Below are positions 33,901-42,469 of a stretch of 64,000 nucleotides of DNA, one piece after another. Position numbers and translations under genes: made by a program. The DNA comes from Escherichia phage vB_EcoM_G17, in sequence record MK327931.1; one strand, written 5' to 3'. The first letter of the stretch is position 1. The number at the start of each line of letters is the position of its first letter. Below the pieces are notes generated by a model. It did not search any database. It saw nothing but the letters and a program-made list of their open reading frames with translations, and had not been told where the DNA came from.

Positions 33901-33998
33901 GGATCTAATTCGCGTAGAATACGTTTACCATTCTTACGTTCAACTACATGAAGAATATCACCAGTACGTTTACGTTCCATATAAGCATCGATATACAT
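30993..33998 (-). CDS. gp43: Family B DNA polymerase (T4 gp43-like)
   Basis: 1001 aa; B-family signature ...VIYGDTDSVYF...; N-terminal exonuclease-like region; ATG confirmed. Confidence 0.9.
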   Translation of the reverse strand: MYIDAYMERKRTGDILHVVERKNGKRILRELDPVYEYYVESPQGTHKTVYGTMAKHFEFQTQAQMNKSVEQHKSEGLRIFESDCNITFKTLAKEYMGKGSPDLNIVFFDIETDFHKKFGYAPPSDPFNRVTAISLYQSWTGKDYVLTLPPADMEIYEAQDIVRQLNEETNDPNSTVILYTDEKEMFMEFFSLIDDSDVISGWNSEFFDIPYMINRTKKIFNEATTARWCLWNKKPNSREADNFGKTVQTYDLVGRVHLDYLALYKKHAGQVEQSYKLDYIAEKVTKENKVSYEGSLDKLYREDYITFLRYSKQDSILLKKIDAKCDYINLHNRLAHKECVLISTTMGSVALIDTAIINLAHTRGEVVFNKAPKDDLEFDPEMEYYGEDGEDEDEKISAKAAGAWVQDPVLGLVSDLGCTDFNSLYPTVLRTLGMSTECILGQLRQDYTDAYLAAKIQEQKNKSKSKSFEPDWTAAWHGLFAAVEFTMVHEKSEETLIVDLEDGSSFKATGKELYDIIFAEDSTIVLSANGTLFDKSKSGVIPDILTQWYSERKAQQKMVIDYKHMYTDGWEFNGYEKVEPLLSNYTPGTMFRTNIHDNDPVYLLRKEIGKGQWDEVAKLIVENGLVLKDGRIFCPKEEKDYFKQRSAFWKQNQQIRKILLNSLYGALLNKGSRFFDKRLGQSVTLTGRSMTKHMASRINEITTGVYNHQGGSVIYGDTDSVYFSVTHYLKEQGIPYNLSKEEIVDMYIKIGEEVGESFPSFMHEMFNTGIEKGKIVGADLEMVGSRGLFLKKKRYAILKYWEDGFRKDIDGKPGEIKAMGLEIKRSDTPKYIQNFLEETLIALLVGESEQQLKQRVREFKDVFKDMPVHEKGSPKTVKNYTNLEAEYQLTGKCKVGHVLAGIQWNRLREVYDDKSVPEVTDGTKVIVCNLKDNPMGIKAVGYPIDCVEYLPEWFLELPFDTEKMEEIVLTKKLENIFGILDMDIGIHEKSTASVNNGFFTW

Positions 33999-34024
33999 CG
34001 TTTGTATTCCCTTACGTTTATTAA

Positions 34025-34055
34025 GTTAAAAAGAAAGCCTCCGTCATTGGAGGCT
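34025..34055 (-). terminator. Rho-independent terminator upstream of the polymerase gene
   Basis: agcctcc-gtcatt-ggaggct stem followed on the minus strand by UUCUUUUU. Confidence 0.55.
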
Positions 34056-34077
34056 ATTTAATATATTTTAGTACTAA

Positions 34078-34380
34078 TTAGTAATCATCTGCTTGTGGAA
34101 GATTATTAGTAACACTAAGAATAGTTTCGATATTATCGAGTTTATTTTGTTTGTCAAAGTAATCACCTTTGTACATACGTTGTGCAGCTTGTTTGATATC
34201 AGATGCATCGATACCAAGTTCATCAGAAACACTAGAAACAAAATCAGATAAGGATGCTTTGGTATCATCAATGAAAGTTAGTTGTACAACAATGTTGTTA
34301 AGTGCATCGCCGAGACGTTTACGTTGTTCATCGTTTAGATCACGAATTTCAACTTTAACTTCTTTTTTAGATTTAGCCAT
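34078..34380 (-). CDS. Hypothetical protein (about 100 aa)
   Basis: ORF-track start is TTG; ATG at 34380 (MAKSKKEVKV) has a GGAGAAA SD. Confidence 0.5.
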   Translation of the reverse strand: MAKSKKEVKVEIRDLNDEQRKRLGDALNNIVVQLTFIDDTKASLSDFVSSVSDELGIDASDIKQAAQRMYKGDYFDKQNKLDNIETILSVTNNLPQADDY

Positions 34381-34404
34381 TTTGTATTTCTCCATGTGTG
34401 TTTT

Positions 34405-34436
34405 CAAAAAAATGTCACCTCACCACAATCGGTGAG
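34405..34436 (-). terminator. Terminator-like hairpin after the tail-fibre assembly gene
   Basis: ctcacc-acaatc-ggtgag stem followed on the minus strand by a run of seven U. Confidence 0.45.
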
Positions 34437-34470
34437 ATGACTTAATTGTATCACGTCTTTACGTGTTGTC

Positions 34471-34986
34471 TCATTTTTTTTCCGGTTTAACTGGAAATGA
34501 AAATGTTTTCTTGATCATGTCTGCTGGTTTGATTGAATTCAATTGCGTTACATAATCTTTCAATTTTACAAACAATACAGCTTCTTCATCAGTTGCTAAC
34601 TCAAGATCCATAGCAGTTTTTAAGTGTCCAAGTTCTTGAATTGCAATGTATTTCAAATTAGATAATTCATTTTTTAGGCGTTCAATTTTTTCTTCTTTAG
34701 TTTCAATATAGTCATGAATAGTATTTCCATCGTAAACCATACCATAAAGTTTGTTAATATCACCATCATATTCAATTTCAGAAACACTAAAACCTAAAGG
34801 TACTAGATCATAAATGTTATATGATGCTGAAACAATTAAACCATTAGTATCATACATAAATTTTGCTTTATTAATGTCAAACAATTCACGAGATTCATAC
34901 CAATCCATACCTTCATCGGACATCATATACAAAGAATTAGGATTACCACCTTCTTTTTCATACATCTTAAAATTTGTTAGTTGCAT
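34471..34986 (-). CDS. Tail fibre assembly chaperone (Tfa-like)
   Basis: Start placed at MQLTNFKMYEKEGGN (ATG 34986, AAGGAA SD); ...DWYESREL...GFSVSEIEYDGD... pattern of Tfa proteins; directly downstream of the tail fibre gene. Confidence 0.55.
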   Translation of the reverse strand: MQLTNFKMYEKEGGNPNSLYMMSDEGMDWYESRELFDINKAKFMYDTNGLIVSASYNIYDLVPLGFSVSEIEYDGDINKLYGMVYDGNTIHDYIETKEEKIERLKNELSNLKYIAIQELGHLKTAMDLELATDEEAVLFVKLKDYVTQLNSIKPADMIKKTFSFPVKPEKK

Positions 34987-34996
34987 TACACATTCC

Positions 34997-36607
34997 TTAT
35001 TGTTGACGTACTGTTTCCCAGTTACCATTTATTTGCATTTGAACATAGCGATAACTAATTCGTTCTAAGTGAGTGCCTGAACTACCATTAACAGAAATCC
35101 ATACGCCATCCATAAATGCACCTTCTGGTGTATATGTCCATGAAGAATCAGGTATTTTACTTGTTTCAATACGTGCACTCAAACGAATACTTTGTACGTT
35201 ATTAGTACTAATTTGCAAAGTAACGTTGCCACTAGCATCAGCAGCAGTACCGTTAATTGAACGAACAATATTTTTACCACCAACAGTAGCTGAGTTGTTA
35301 GAAACAGTTAATGATGGAGCAGCTAACGTACCAGAAGAGTTTACAGTAACTTCTGCTCCACCGGAACGTAATCTCAATGTATTATTTGAAGAGTTATGAT
35401 ACACTGCCGCACGCTCACCACCGCTTGCGTTACGGAAATATAGAACTAATGATGTATCATTTGACTTAATTGACGCACTGTTTGCAATAGTCAATGAACC
35501 AGTCATTGTATCACCAGTTTTTAGTACATAACGAGTGTTTGCAACTTTTTCACTCAATGCGACGTTAGATTCAGCAATGTTATATAGATATGCAACGTTA
35601 AAGTGTTCCACATCAATGTTACTAATACCATGATAGTGTGGTTGGTTTCCACCAAGTGTGTTAGTGTTTCCACTAAATGAGTGAATGTGGTCTGGTGCTT
35701 CGTTAATGTTATTGATTACAGTTGGTATACCGTTATCATTACTTGAAGTTAACGCATTTAGACCACTACGGTCCATACCTTTTAGTGCTTGACTATGACC
35801 ATGACGACCAGCAGCCCCTGTGGTCCCACTAAAACTAAATGAGTGTGATGGTAATTGGGCAACACTTAATACTGTGCCGCTAATATTACCGCTACTACCA
35901 ATAACACTATCAGTTTTAGTTACACCTGATGTGGATATCCCTTTTAAGTACGCGTTTTGGTTAAGGTTTGGTACTTGTTTGGTAATTGTACCATTTTCCC
36001 CCTCCCATTGCCACCACATACCATCAGCAAAACACCAACCGTCAGACGTTTTCCACGGAGCACCTTGTGAACCGTTTCTCCCACTTTGTCCATTCGATTG
36101 TCCTGACATTTGTTCACGTATACTAGCAACAGATTGACCAGAAGTCAATGAATATTGTGTAATAGCACCAGGTTTAAGTGAAGTGTAAAGACCAGTTGGA
36201 CCAGAACCACCACTAGAAGCAGTAGGGAATACAATGTTTAAGTTTGTTCCACTAATACTTGCACTAGGAACAGTACTACTACTATAAGTTACACTTTCTA
36301 CTTTTAAATTTAGTTTTCTATTTACTTCATCAAGTGAAATTCTAATTGGTTCTAAAATGGTATCAGTATCGTATACTGCAATCCAACTAGTACCGTTATG
36401 ATACTTCAAAACTAACTCGTTTCTATCAAAGACCATTGCACCTTGTTCACCAGTTGGTAAAGTTTGTACTGGTATGATAACTGATGACGAGTTAAAACGA
36501 ATAGGTCTTGGGTTAGTTGGTGTACCACCAAGCACTATTAGTTCTAAAGATCCATTAGCACCAGTACTGGTCATTGTATCCAATGGGTTATTAAAACTTA
36601 TGCTCAT
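34997..36607 (-). CDS. Tail fibre protein with tail-collar-type domain
   Basis: 536 aa, Ser/Gly/Thr/Asn-rich; ...LSVAQLPSHSFSFSGTTGAAGRHGHSQ... resembles the tail-collar motif; followed by a Tfa-like gene. Confidence 0.7.
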   Translation of the reverse strand: MSISFNNPLDTMTSTGANGSLELIVLGGTPTNPRPIRFNSSSVIIPVQTLPTGEQGAMVFDRNELVLKYHNGTSWIAVYDTDTILEPIRISLDEVNRKLNLKVESVTYSSSTVPSASISGTNLNIVFPTASSGGSGPTGLYTSLKPGAITQYSLTSGQSVASIREQMSGQSNGQSGRNGSQGAPWKTSDGWCFADGMWWQWEGENGTITKQVPNLNQNAYLKGISTSGVTKTDSVIGSSGNISGTVLSVAQLPSHSFSFSGTTGAAGRHGHSQALKGMDRSGLNALTSSNDNGIPTVINNINEAPDHIHSFSGNTNTLGGNQPHYHGISNIDVEHFNVAYLYNIAESNVALSEKVANTRYVLKTGDTMTGSLTIANSASIKSNDTSLVLYFRNASGGERAAVYHNSSNNTLRLRSGGAEVTVNSSGTLAAPSLTVSNNSATVGGKNIVRSINGTAADASGNVTLQISTNNVQSIRLSARIETSKIPDSSWTYTPEGAFMDGVWISVNGSSGTHLERISYRYVQMQINGNWETVRQQ

Positions 36608-36638
36608 GTATAAATCCCTTTATGATTAATATATACTA

Positions 36639-36646
36639 TATTTATT
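36639..36646 (-). promoter_or_regulatory. Late-promoter-like AATAAATA element upstream of the tail fibre gene
   Basis: Plus-strand tatttatt, 32 nt upstream of the tail fibre ATG. Confidence 0.3.
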
Positions 36647-36647
36647 C

Positions 36648-36956
36648 CTATAGCAAGTCGTTATCCATATCATCCCATACGGAATCAATAATGTTGGCTG
36701 CTATCTTTTTAGACATTTTAAACCACTCGGTATTGGGTTGTCTAGTTGCATTCATCTGCTTAAGCCTTTTATGTATTTCTTTTTCAGCCAAACGTGCATC
36801 ATCAAAATGAACTTCATGATATACTTCAAAGTCACGAAATGGTGTAGCAGTCTGATACGTTCTTAGACGTTCTGTCATTTCTGATTTTGAAGTAAAACCA
36901 ATTTTAACATACTCAGGCCATGCAGAATTTATTATAACATAACATATCTGTGACAT
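36648..36956 (-). CDS. T5orf172 / GIY-YIG-like domain protein (stand-alone)
   Basis: Start placed at MSQICYVIINSAWPEYVKIGFT (GGAGA SD); CYVII...KIGFT...RL..Y pattern typical of the T5orf172 family. Confidence 0.5.
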   Translation of the reverse strand: MSQICYVIINSAWPEYVKIGFTSKSEMTERLRTYQTATPFRDFEVYHEVHFDDARLAEKEIHKRLKQMNATRQPNTEWFKMSKKIAANIIDSVWDDMDNDLL

Positions 36957-36995
36957 AGATTCAATCTCCATCATTAATATGGAGATATTTATCTA

Positions 36996-37355
36996 TCAAC
37001 TAATAGTGAATTTCAAACCAATATCTATTAAACGTTGAAAAGGATTATGGGGCTGAAATTCAGAAGGTTCTTGTGTAATGTTTAGTACTGGAGCGTCTGA
37101 GTGTAATTGTGACATACGTTCCCTATAATGATCTATGTATTCTTCATATAACATATCTTCAGTATGTGTGTTTAGTATATCTTCTATAAAAGAATCTAAA
37201 CTATAATCCAATCTATCATCATTATAATACAATGTTTCAGTGGCTTCATCATATCCAACTAACGTACCATAAGGAACATTTATTTCTATATTTGAGTACT
37301 GACTCTTTAAGTACTCTTCTTTGTTAAATTTGTATACAGTTAACATCCGTGTCAA
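36996..37355 (-). CDS. Hypothetical protein (119 aa)
   Basis: ORF between the two T5orf172-type genes. Confidence 0.45.
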   Translation of the reverse strand: MTRMLTVYKFNKEEYLKSQYSNIEINVPYGTLVGYDEATETLYYNDDRLDYSLDSFIEDILNTHTEDMLYEEYIDHYRERMSQLHSDAPVLNITQEPSEFQPHNPFQRLIDIGLKFTIS

Positions 37356-37369
37356 CTCCTTTAGATTGT

Positions 37370-38293
37370 TTACTTAAAAGTATTTACAATTTCTAAAACA
37401 CTTTCAAGATACTTAGCATCAAATGTTTCAGTAAATCCTGACGGTAACTCTTCAGTACTTACAACACCACTTTCAATGTATTTCTTTATGAACTTTTCCA
37501 ACAGTAATGGTTGATTGCCATCTTCAAAGTAGCGTTCTACAAGTACTTCATGCTCGAACTCAGAATTGCGACTTTGTTCGTTTACACGGCGTTTCATATC
37601 ACCAGTGATTCCATACTTGTACACCGTCTTGTCATTGTTAGTTAGTTTTTGAACATAGAAATATCCAGGTTTTGATGGTTGATAACCATACTCACCACAT
37701 GATGGACATCCTCTTCCTGCCATATGAGATTTGGGTATTTGTTTAAAGACACCATGTTCAGGACAAATAATATCCACATGTTCATCACTAGTCTTGTAAT
37801 CCACCAAGCTATAATCATACTTATGGTTATGGATAGGCGACACAAGTTCAATGAAACGTTCAGTACTTCTTCCACCTTTACCAGAACATATTCCACAACT
37901 AGTTTTTCCTTTTAATAATGTTGCGGCTGATACTTCCCAATCATGCACATCATTCGGATCATTATGACATGTAACGATGACTCGCCCATTACTGTCACTT
38001 TGTTTTTTGTAGATAGTTTTCTCAAATGACAATGTTGGATGGATGGTTTTAACTTTTTCAATAAACGTTTCGGTCGTGTATGCTGTGTTTTTTTGACAAA
38101 TGTTACATCCTTTTGCAGAAGGTCGGACTATTTGCATAGGAGTGATTTTGAAATAATGACAACCTTCTACACAATAAAGTTCAACCTGTTTATGAGCATT
38201 AATATATACCATTTTATCAAACAAATACACACCAGTACCATACTTTTCATTCACTGCATTAATAAATTTTTCTTCATTTGGATTCATTGTCAT
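37370..38293 (-). CDS. Homing-endonuclease-like protein: three Cys/His zinc-ribbon-like repeats plus C-terminal T5orf172 domain
   Basis: Three ~60-aa repeats (FIEKV...IHP...Y.Y...V.I.C..HG.F......H..G.GCP.C); C-terminal KTVYKYGITGDMKRRVNEQ T5orf172-like domain. Confidence 0.5.
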   Translation of the reverse strand: MTMNPNEEKFINAVNEKYGTGVYLFDKMVYINAHKQVELYCVEGCHYFKITPMQIVRPSAKGCNICQKNTAYTTETFIEKVKTIHPTLSFEKTIYKKQSDSNGRVIVTCHNDPNDVHDWEVSAATLLKGKTSCGICSGKGGRSTERFIELVSPIHNHKYDYSLVDYKTSDEHVDIICPEHGVFKQIPKSHMAGRGCPSCGEYGYQPSKPGYFYVQKLTNNDKTVYKYGITGDMKRRVNEQSRNSEFEHEVLVERYFEDGNQPLLLEKFIKKYIESGVVSTEELPSGFTETFDAKYLESVLEIVNTFK

Positions 38294-38351
38294 TTCTCTT
38301 CTTCATTTATAATGTACGCGTATTATTACACAAAAAATGTGACATGTCAAC

Positions 38352-38392
38352 ACAAAAAAGAAAAGGGACTCCGAAGAGTCCCTATTGTTTTT
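38352..38392. terminator. Bidirectional rho-independent terminator after the capsid gene
   Basis: gggactc-cgaa-gagtccc stem flanked by an A-run and a T-run. Confidence 0.65.
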
Positions 38393-38426
38393 AATTTCTT
38401 GATTAAATCTTTTAAATCGATTACAA

Positions 38427-39602
38427 TTACATGAAAGTAACGTTTTTGATAGCGATTTTGCTGTAGTAGTCAGCAGCGTTACCAAGAGAAGAAGTACTAT
38501 CAGTCAATTGTACATAACCATACCTGGTAAGGAAAGTTGTGACCAATTCCCCAGTGTTAGGGTCCATTACAGTACCGGAAGCCATTAGTGGGATGTATGG
38601 GCAATAGAACACACCAGCATCAGTTTCTGCATTACCTTTATAACCAATTAGAATATCTTCTGCATCACTTGCATAAGTATCAACAAAAATACGCATAGTG
38701 CTGTTTAGAGTACCTACAAACTTAACGTTAGTTGGGGCTTCGAAAGTACCTTCAGTGGTACGTGCAAAGCTAGAAGTAGTAGCAGATTGTAGAATGGTTA
38801 GTGCAGTTGGGGAAACAACAGCCCAGTTTGCAGCACCACGCTTAGTACGACGAGCAACTTCGTTTGCTTGACGGTTAATTAGAGTTGCTAGAGCAGCGTG
38901 CTCATCACCAACGAAGGTTGCAACACCAGTAACTTTAGATTGGTCATAAGTTACAGCAGCAGCACCAGGTAGTGCACGTAGACGGCTTAGTAGCTCTTGG
39001 TCGATTTCTACGGTAACTTCTTGAGCGATTGCAGCCATTAGTTCTGCTTCAACGTCAACACCATGTTGGGATTGTGCATCTTGTGCAGATTCAACAGTCC
39101 AACGTGCAGATAGACGACGAGATTTCGCTTCAACAGTTTCACGTAGAATACGGATGTTAACGCGACGACCCATAGTACCTTCTAGTTGGCTAGTAGGAGC
39201 AGCTTGTGGGTTGCTATTATCCGCATTTAGATCACCAGAGTAAGATTTAGCGATTTTGTATGGAGAAAGCATTTCTTCACCAGCGATTACACCAGGTGCG
39301 TTATCAGCATATTGTACACGTAGGGTGTGGATCTGACCAACTGGACCAGTCATAGGTTGAACACCGATGATTTCGTTAGCAATAACGGTTGGCATTACAC
39401 GACGCATAATTGGTAGAATCACTTTGTTTAGAGTAGCGATGTTACCAGCGGTAGTTGCACCAGAAGTTGCGGATTCAGTTAGCATAACTTTACGATGGTT
39501 ATCAAGAACAGTTTCCATTACAGACTTACGAGTACCCTGTAGACCTTCAACTAGTTTCTCTTTTACTGCTACCCATTTGGATTCATTTAGTAGTTGTGAC
39601 AT
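38427..39602 (-). CDS. gp23: Major capsid protein (T4 gp23-like)
   Basis: 391 aa. ...IANEIIGVQPMTGPVGQIHTLRVQY..., ...VEAKSRRLSARWTVESAQD..., ...IGYKGNAETDAGVFYCPYIPL... collinear with T4 gp23 as recalled; AAGGAG SD; strong codon bias. Confidence 0.88.
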   Translation of the reverse strand: MSQLLNESKWVAVKEKLVEGLQGTRKSVMETVLDNHRKVMLTESATSGATTAGNIATLNKVILPIMRRVMPTVIANEIIGVQPMTGPVGQIHTLRVQYADNAPGVIAGEEMLSPYKIAKSYSGDLNADNSNPQAAPTSQLEGTMGRRVNIRILRETVEAKSRRLSARWTVESAQDAQSQHGVDVEAELMAAIAQEVTVEIDQELLSRLRALPGAAAVTYDQSKVTGVATFVGDEHAALATLINRQANEVARRTKRGAANWAVVSPTALTILQSATTSSFARTTEGTFEAPTNVKFVGTLNSTMRIFVDTYASDAEDILIGYKGNAETDAGVFYCPYIPLMASGTVMDPNTGELVTTFLTRYGYVQLTDSTSSLGNAADYYSKIAIKNVTFM

Positions 39603-39636
39603 TATATATCTCCTTAAAGATGTTATATTCGTTTTT

Positions 39637-39667
39637 CAGTATGATATTATTTATAGAACTGAAAAAT
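39637..39667 (-). promoter_or_regulatory. Late promoter (TATAAATA) with extended conserved element, upstream of the capsid gene
   Basis: Minus-sense ...cagttcTATAAATAATATCATACTgaaaaa...; TATAAATA at 39647-39654, about 45 nt upstream of the ATG. Confidence 0.6.
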
Positions 39668-39693
39668 TTGATTATTAAAATGCTTTAAAATGT

Positions 39694-40809
39694 TTATTTT
39701 TTATTGATACCTGAAAGAACATCTAGTTCTTTTAGGAATGCCATATCGTCAGCGGTCATTTCTTCGCTTTCAACAATAGCCTGACGGTTGCCAGTGATTA
39801 CTTTACCTTCTGCAAGAGTTTTCTTAGCGGAAGACTGAACTGCTTGACGAGTGGTAGCAGATTCATTTACTTTAGTACCGTTAAGTACTGACTTATGGTA
39901 CTTGCTGAAATCTTCTTTAAGCTTTTCAGTAGGTGAAGTAGCTAGAAGGGATTCCATAATTTGTTTTTGCTGTGCAGTTAGTGGTTTTACTAGTTCAGAC
40001 ATAATCGCATTACGTGCTTGTGCATCTTCCATAATACGTAGTTTGGTTTTAGCAGCTTTAACGGCATTAGCAGTTTCATGTAGTTCTTGCTTAACTTGAG
40101 CAATTTCATCTTCTTTAGATTTAATTGATTCAGTTAGGGAACGTAGCAATGAGTTTTCATTAAATTGTTTGACATTAAACTCTTGAGCAAATGCTTCAAA
40201 GATTTTACGACCAAACATATTTTGTTTTGCTTCCACTAGATCTTGTTTCAACGCATATAGATTCTTCTGAGTGGTTTCTGCAATATATTTAGCAGCACTT
40301 TCAGATGTACGTTTGATGAAGTTATTACGAGCTTCAGCAATTTGACGTGAACCTTCAGCAAGTAGTTTAACGCGAGTTTCTACTAGTTGGCGTTTTTCAG
40401 TGTGGAATTCTTTTAGCTCTTCTGCTAGGATACCGTTAGAAAAATTAACGAATTTACCCATGCATTCATGAAGATGCTTACGTTCTTTACGCATTTGTTT
40501 AACTTCTTCAGCCAAAACAGAGTTTGAAAACGCAGAGAAATTGCTTAGTGTTTTACGTAGAGTTACACGATCTTCAACGAGACGTTTTTTCTCTTCATAT
40601 ACAGCACCCATTTCTTCAGCAATGACTTGAGTAACCATCGTGTTCAAACCTTCGGTTAGTTCAGCCAAATCTTGCTGATAACGGCCTTTCATTTCTTCAC
40701 GCATCTCTGCGGCTAGTGTATTCTTTTCTTCATTCCATGCTTCCTGAATTAGCTGTTTTGCCTCATCAGAAAGAGATGATTCTTTTAGAAGCTTTTCTAA
40801 TTTAGACAT
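39694..40809 (-). CDS. gp22: Prohead core scaffolding protein (T4 gp22-like)
   Basis: 371-aa coiled-coil-rich E/K/A/Q protein between the protease and capsid genes; AAAGGAGA SD. Confidence 0.6.
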   Translation of the reverse strand: MSKLEKLLKESSLSDEAKQLIQEAWNEEKNTLAAEMREEMKGRYQQDLAELTEGLNTMVTQVIAEEMGAVYEEKKRLVEDRVTLRKTLSNFSAFSNSVLAEEVKQMRKERKHLHECMGKFVNFSNGILAEELKEFHTEKRQLVETRVKLLAEGSRQIAEARNNFIKRTSESAAKYIAETTQKNLYALKQDLVEAKQNMFGRKIFEAFAQEFNVKQFNENSLLRSLTESIKSKEDEIAQVKQELHETANAVKAAKTKLRIMEDAQARNAIMSELVKPLTAQQKQIMESLLATSPTEKLKEDFSKYHKSVLNGTKVNESATTRQAVQSSAKKTLAEGKVITGNRQAIVESEEMTADDMAFLKELDVLSGINKK

Positions 40810-40856
40810 TCGTTCTCTCCTTTAAGTACTGAAATATCTGTACTTCAACATACAGA

Positions 40857-40864
40857 TATTTATA
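40857..40864 (-). promoter_or_regulatory. Late-promoter-like TATAAATA upstream of the scaffold gene
   Basis: Plus-strand tatttata, about 50 nt upstream of the scaffold ATG. Confidence 0.45.
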
Positions 40865-40875
40865 TTTTTAAAATG

Positions 40876-41499
40876 TTAACCTTTTAATTTCTTGAAAAAA
40901 TCGTATATTTCAGAATCTAAATTATTTACTTTTTTAGATTCAGTGATTTTTTTAGAACTATTACAAGGTGATCCGTACTTACTCATCAGAGATTCAAATA
41001 CCGCTGTTGGGTATGCTTCTGGAGCACTAGGTTGAGCAACAATATCAATAGTGATAATTTCAAAATCAGAAACTATTCCATTATAATCAACGTTACCGGA
41101 ACCGCGAGAACTTACACCAAGTTTTACACCAGCCTCTAGCATTTTACGGATATTCTGACCATGTGCAGTATCAAGTAGTTTGATTTCTGCCATACCATTA
41201 GCACCTTCCATCCAAACCTTAGTAATCATTGCTGCTACACGGTCTAGGTTAATAGTTAGTGTTTCTGGATGGTCACATTCAACAAGAATGCTTTCACCTT
41301 TAGCTAAACGCTGGTTCATGTTATTTACTGCCCTTGTAATTTCAGATAAAGGGTAAATTCTCTCGTTCAAATTTCGTTGGTCGGCTTGAATAGCAATACC
41401 ACGAAGATAGCAGTCACGCCCACCAAATCCATTATCACGATGTTCCAAAACAACTTTAGAATCATTGAATGAAGACCATTCACGAATCATACTACTCAT
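40876..41499 (-). CDS. gp21: Prohead core protease (T4 gp21-like)
   Basis: 207 aa; position between core proteins and scaffold; ...ECDHPE..., ...GVSSRGSG...; AAAGGAG SD. Confidence 0.6.
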   Translation of the reverse strand: MSSMIREWSSFNDSKVVLEHRDNGFGGRDCYLRGIAIQADQRNLNERIYPLSEITRAVNNMNQRLAKGESILVECDHPETLTINLDRVAAMITKVWMEGANGMAEIKLLDTAHGQNIRKMLEAGVKLGVSSRGSGNVDYNGIVSDFEIITIDIVAQPSAPEAYPTAVFESLMSKYGSPCNSSKKITESKKVNNLDSEIYDFFKKLKG

Positions 41500-41519
41500 A
41501 ATGATCTCCTTTCAGATAT

Positions 41520-42368
41520 TTATTTTAGTTTAGGTTGTGCTTTGCTTAGTGGTGATTTAGAATTAGATGCAGTAGTTTTTGGTGCTTTAACATCTTTCAT
41601 TTCACCGCGAGCATTTTTACCAAGATCTAGGCTATCTTTTGGTAGAACAGATTTATCATCTAGGTCTAGTAGTGGGGCTTGGTCAGTTTTCTTAGCGAAT
41701 TTAACTGGCTCTGCTCCTGCTACTGGAGATTTAGCTTCTGGTGCTACTGGAGATTTGGAATGAGTGCCAGCTTTTTCTTTCTTATCAACTGGAGCAACTT
41801 TTTCTAGTTTGAAGGATTCACCGAATTTTTCATCGCCGAATTCAACATCAGCAAATTCGTCGTCACCGTCAACACCAACTTCTTCTTCGCTATCTTCTAC
41901 TTCTTCTTCAGAATCTAGATCAACTTCACCGTCACCGATTTCATCAAACATTTGTTGTAGGCCACGGAAAGCATCTTGGATTGATTCCCATTGGTCTTCG
42001 GAAGGAACATCAGCATCAGCTTTCACTTCAACGTCAACATCGTCTTCACCGTCACCATCTGCATCAGCAGAGAATTCAACTTCTTCTTCTGCACTTTCAT
42101 CTTCTTCACCAAGGGTGTATTCGATTTCAGCATTTAGACCTTCGTCTGGTTGTACATCAAAATCTTCGTCAAGCTTTTCTTCATCTTTGACTTTAACTTC
42201 GACTTCACAATCTTCATCGTCGTCTTCATCTTCCATGCTTTCTTCTAGTTGTTTGTTAATTTCTTGAGCTTGCTCAACGAAATACTTACGCATTTTTTTA
42301 TCAGCAATATCTTGTTCGCCATTTGCAAACGCCGCAATTGCTTCTTGTAGTAGTTTTAAATTCGCCAT
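41520..42368 (-). CDS. Highly acidic prohead core / internal protein (gp67/gp68-position)
   Basis: Start placed at MANLKLL (GGAGGA SD); long D/E-rich segments; between portal and protease as the T4 core proteins. Confidence 0.5.
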   Translation of the reverse strand: MANLKLLQEAIAAFANGEQDIADKKMRKYFVEQAQEINKQLEESMEDEDDDEDCEVEVKVKDEEKLDEDFDVQPDEGLNAEIEYTLGEEDESAEEEVEFSADADGDGEDDVDVEVKADADVPSEDQWESIQDAFRGLQQMFDEIGDGEVDLDSEEEVEDSEEEVGVDGDDEFADVEFGDEKFGESFKLEKVAPVDKKEKAGTHSKSPVAPEAKSPVAGAEPVKFAKKTDQAPLLDLDDKSVLPKDSLDLGKNARGEMKDVKAPKTTASNSKSPLSKAQPKLK

Positions 42369-42401
42369 TATATCCTCCATAGATATATTACATTCGTATA
42401 A

Positions 42402-42431
42402 AGTATGATATTATTTAGTACTGAATAAAAT
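42402..42431 (-). promoter_or_regulatory. Late-promoter-like element (CTAAATAATATCATACT) upstream of the acidic core gene
   Basis: Shares the core agtatgatattattta plus actgaa(a/t)aaaat with the capsid-gene upstream element at 39637-39667. Confidence 0.45.
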
Positions 42432-42469
42432 CGCCTTTTTTAAAAGCTTTAAAAAGTGCGATTTTCGGT

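Noticed and set aside
39681-39687. T4 MotA-box-like TGCTTTA middle-promoter motif
   Set aside because: Single occurrence, oriented antisense to the surrounding late head genes; likely chance in AT-rich DNA.
41764-42267. 167-aa Ser-rich plus-strand ORF
   Set aside because: It is the antisense shadow of the D/E-rich acidic core protein gene (GAA/GAT codons read backwards give Ser/Phe/Ile); low complexity, no SD.
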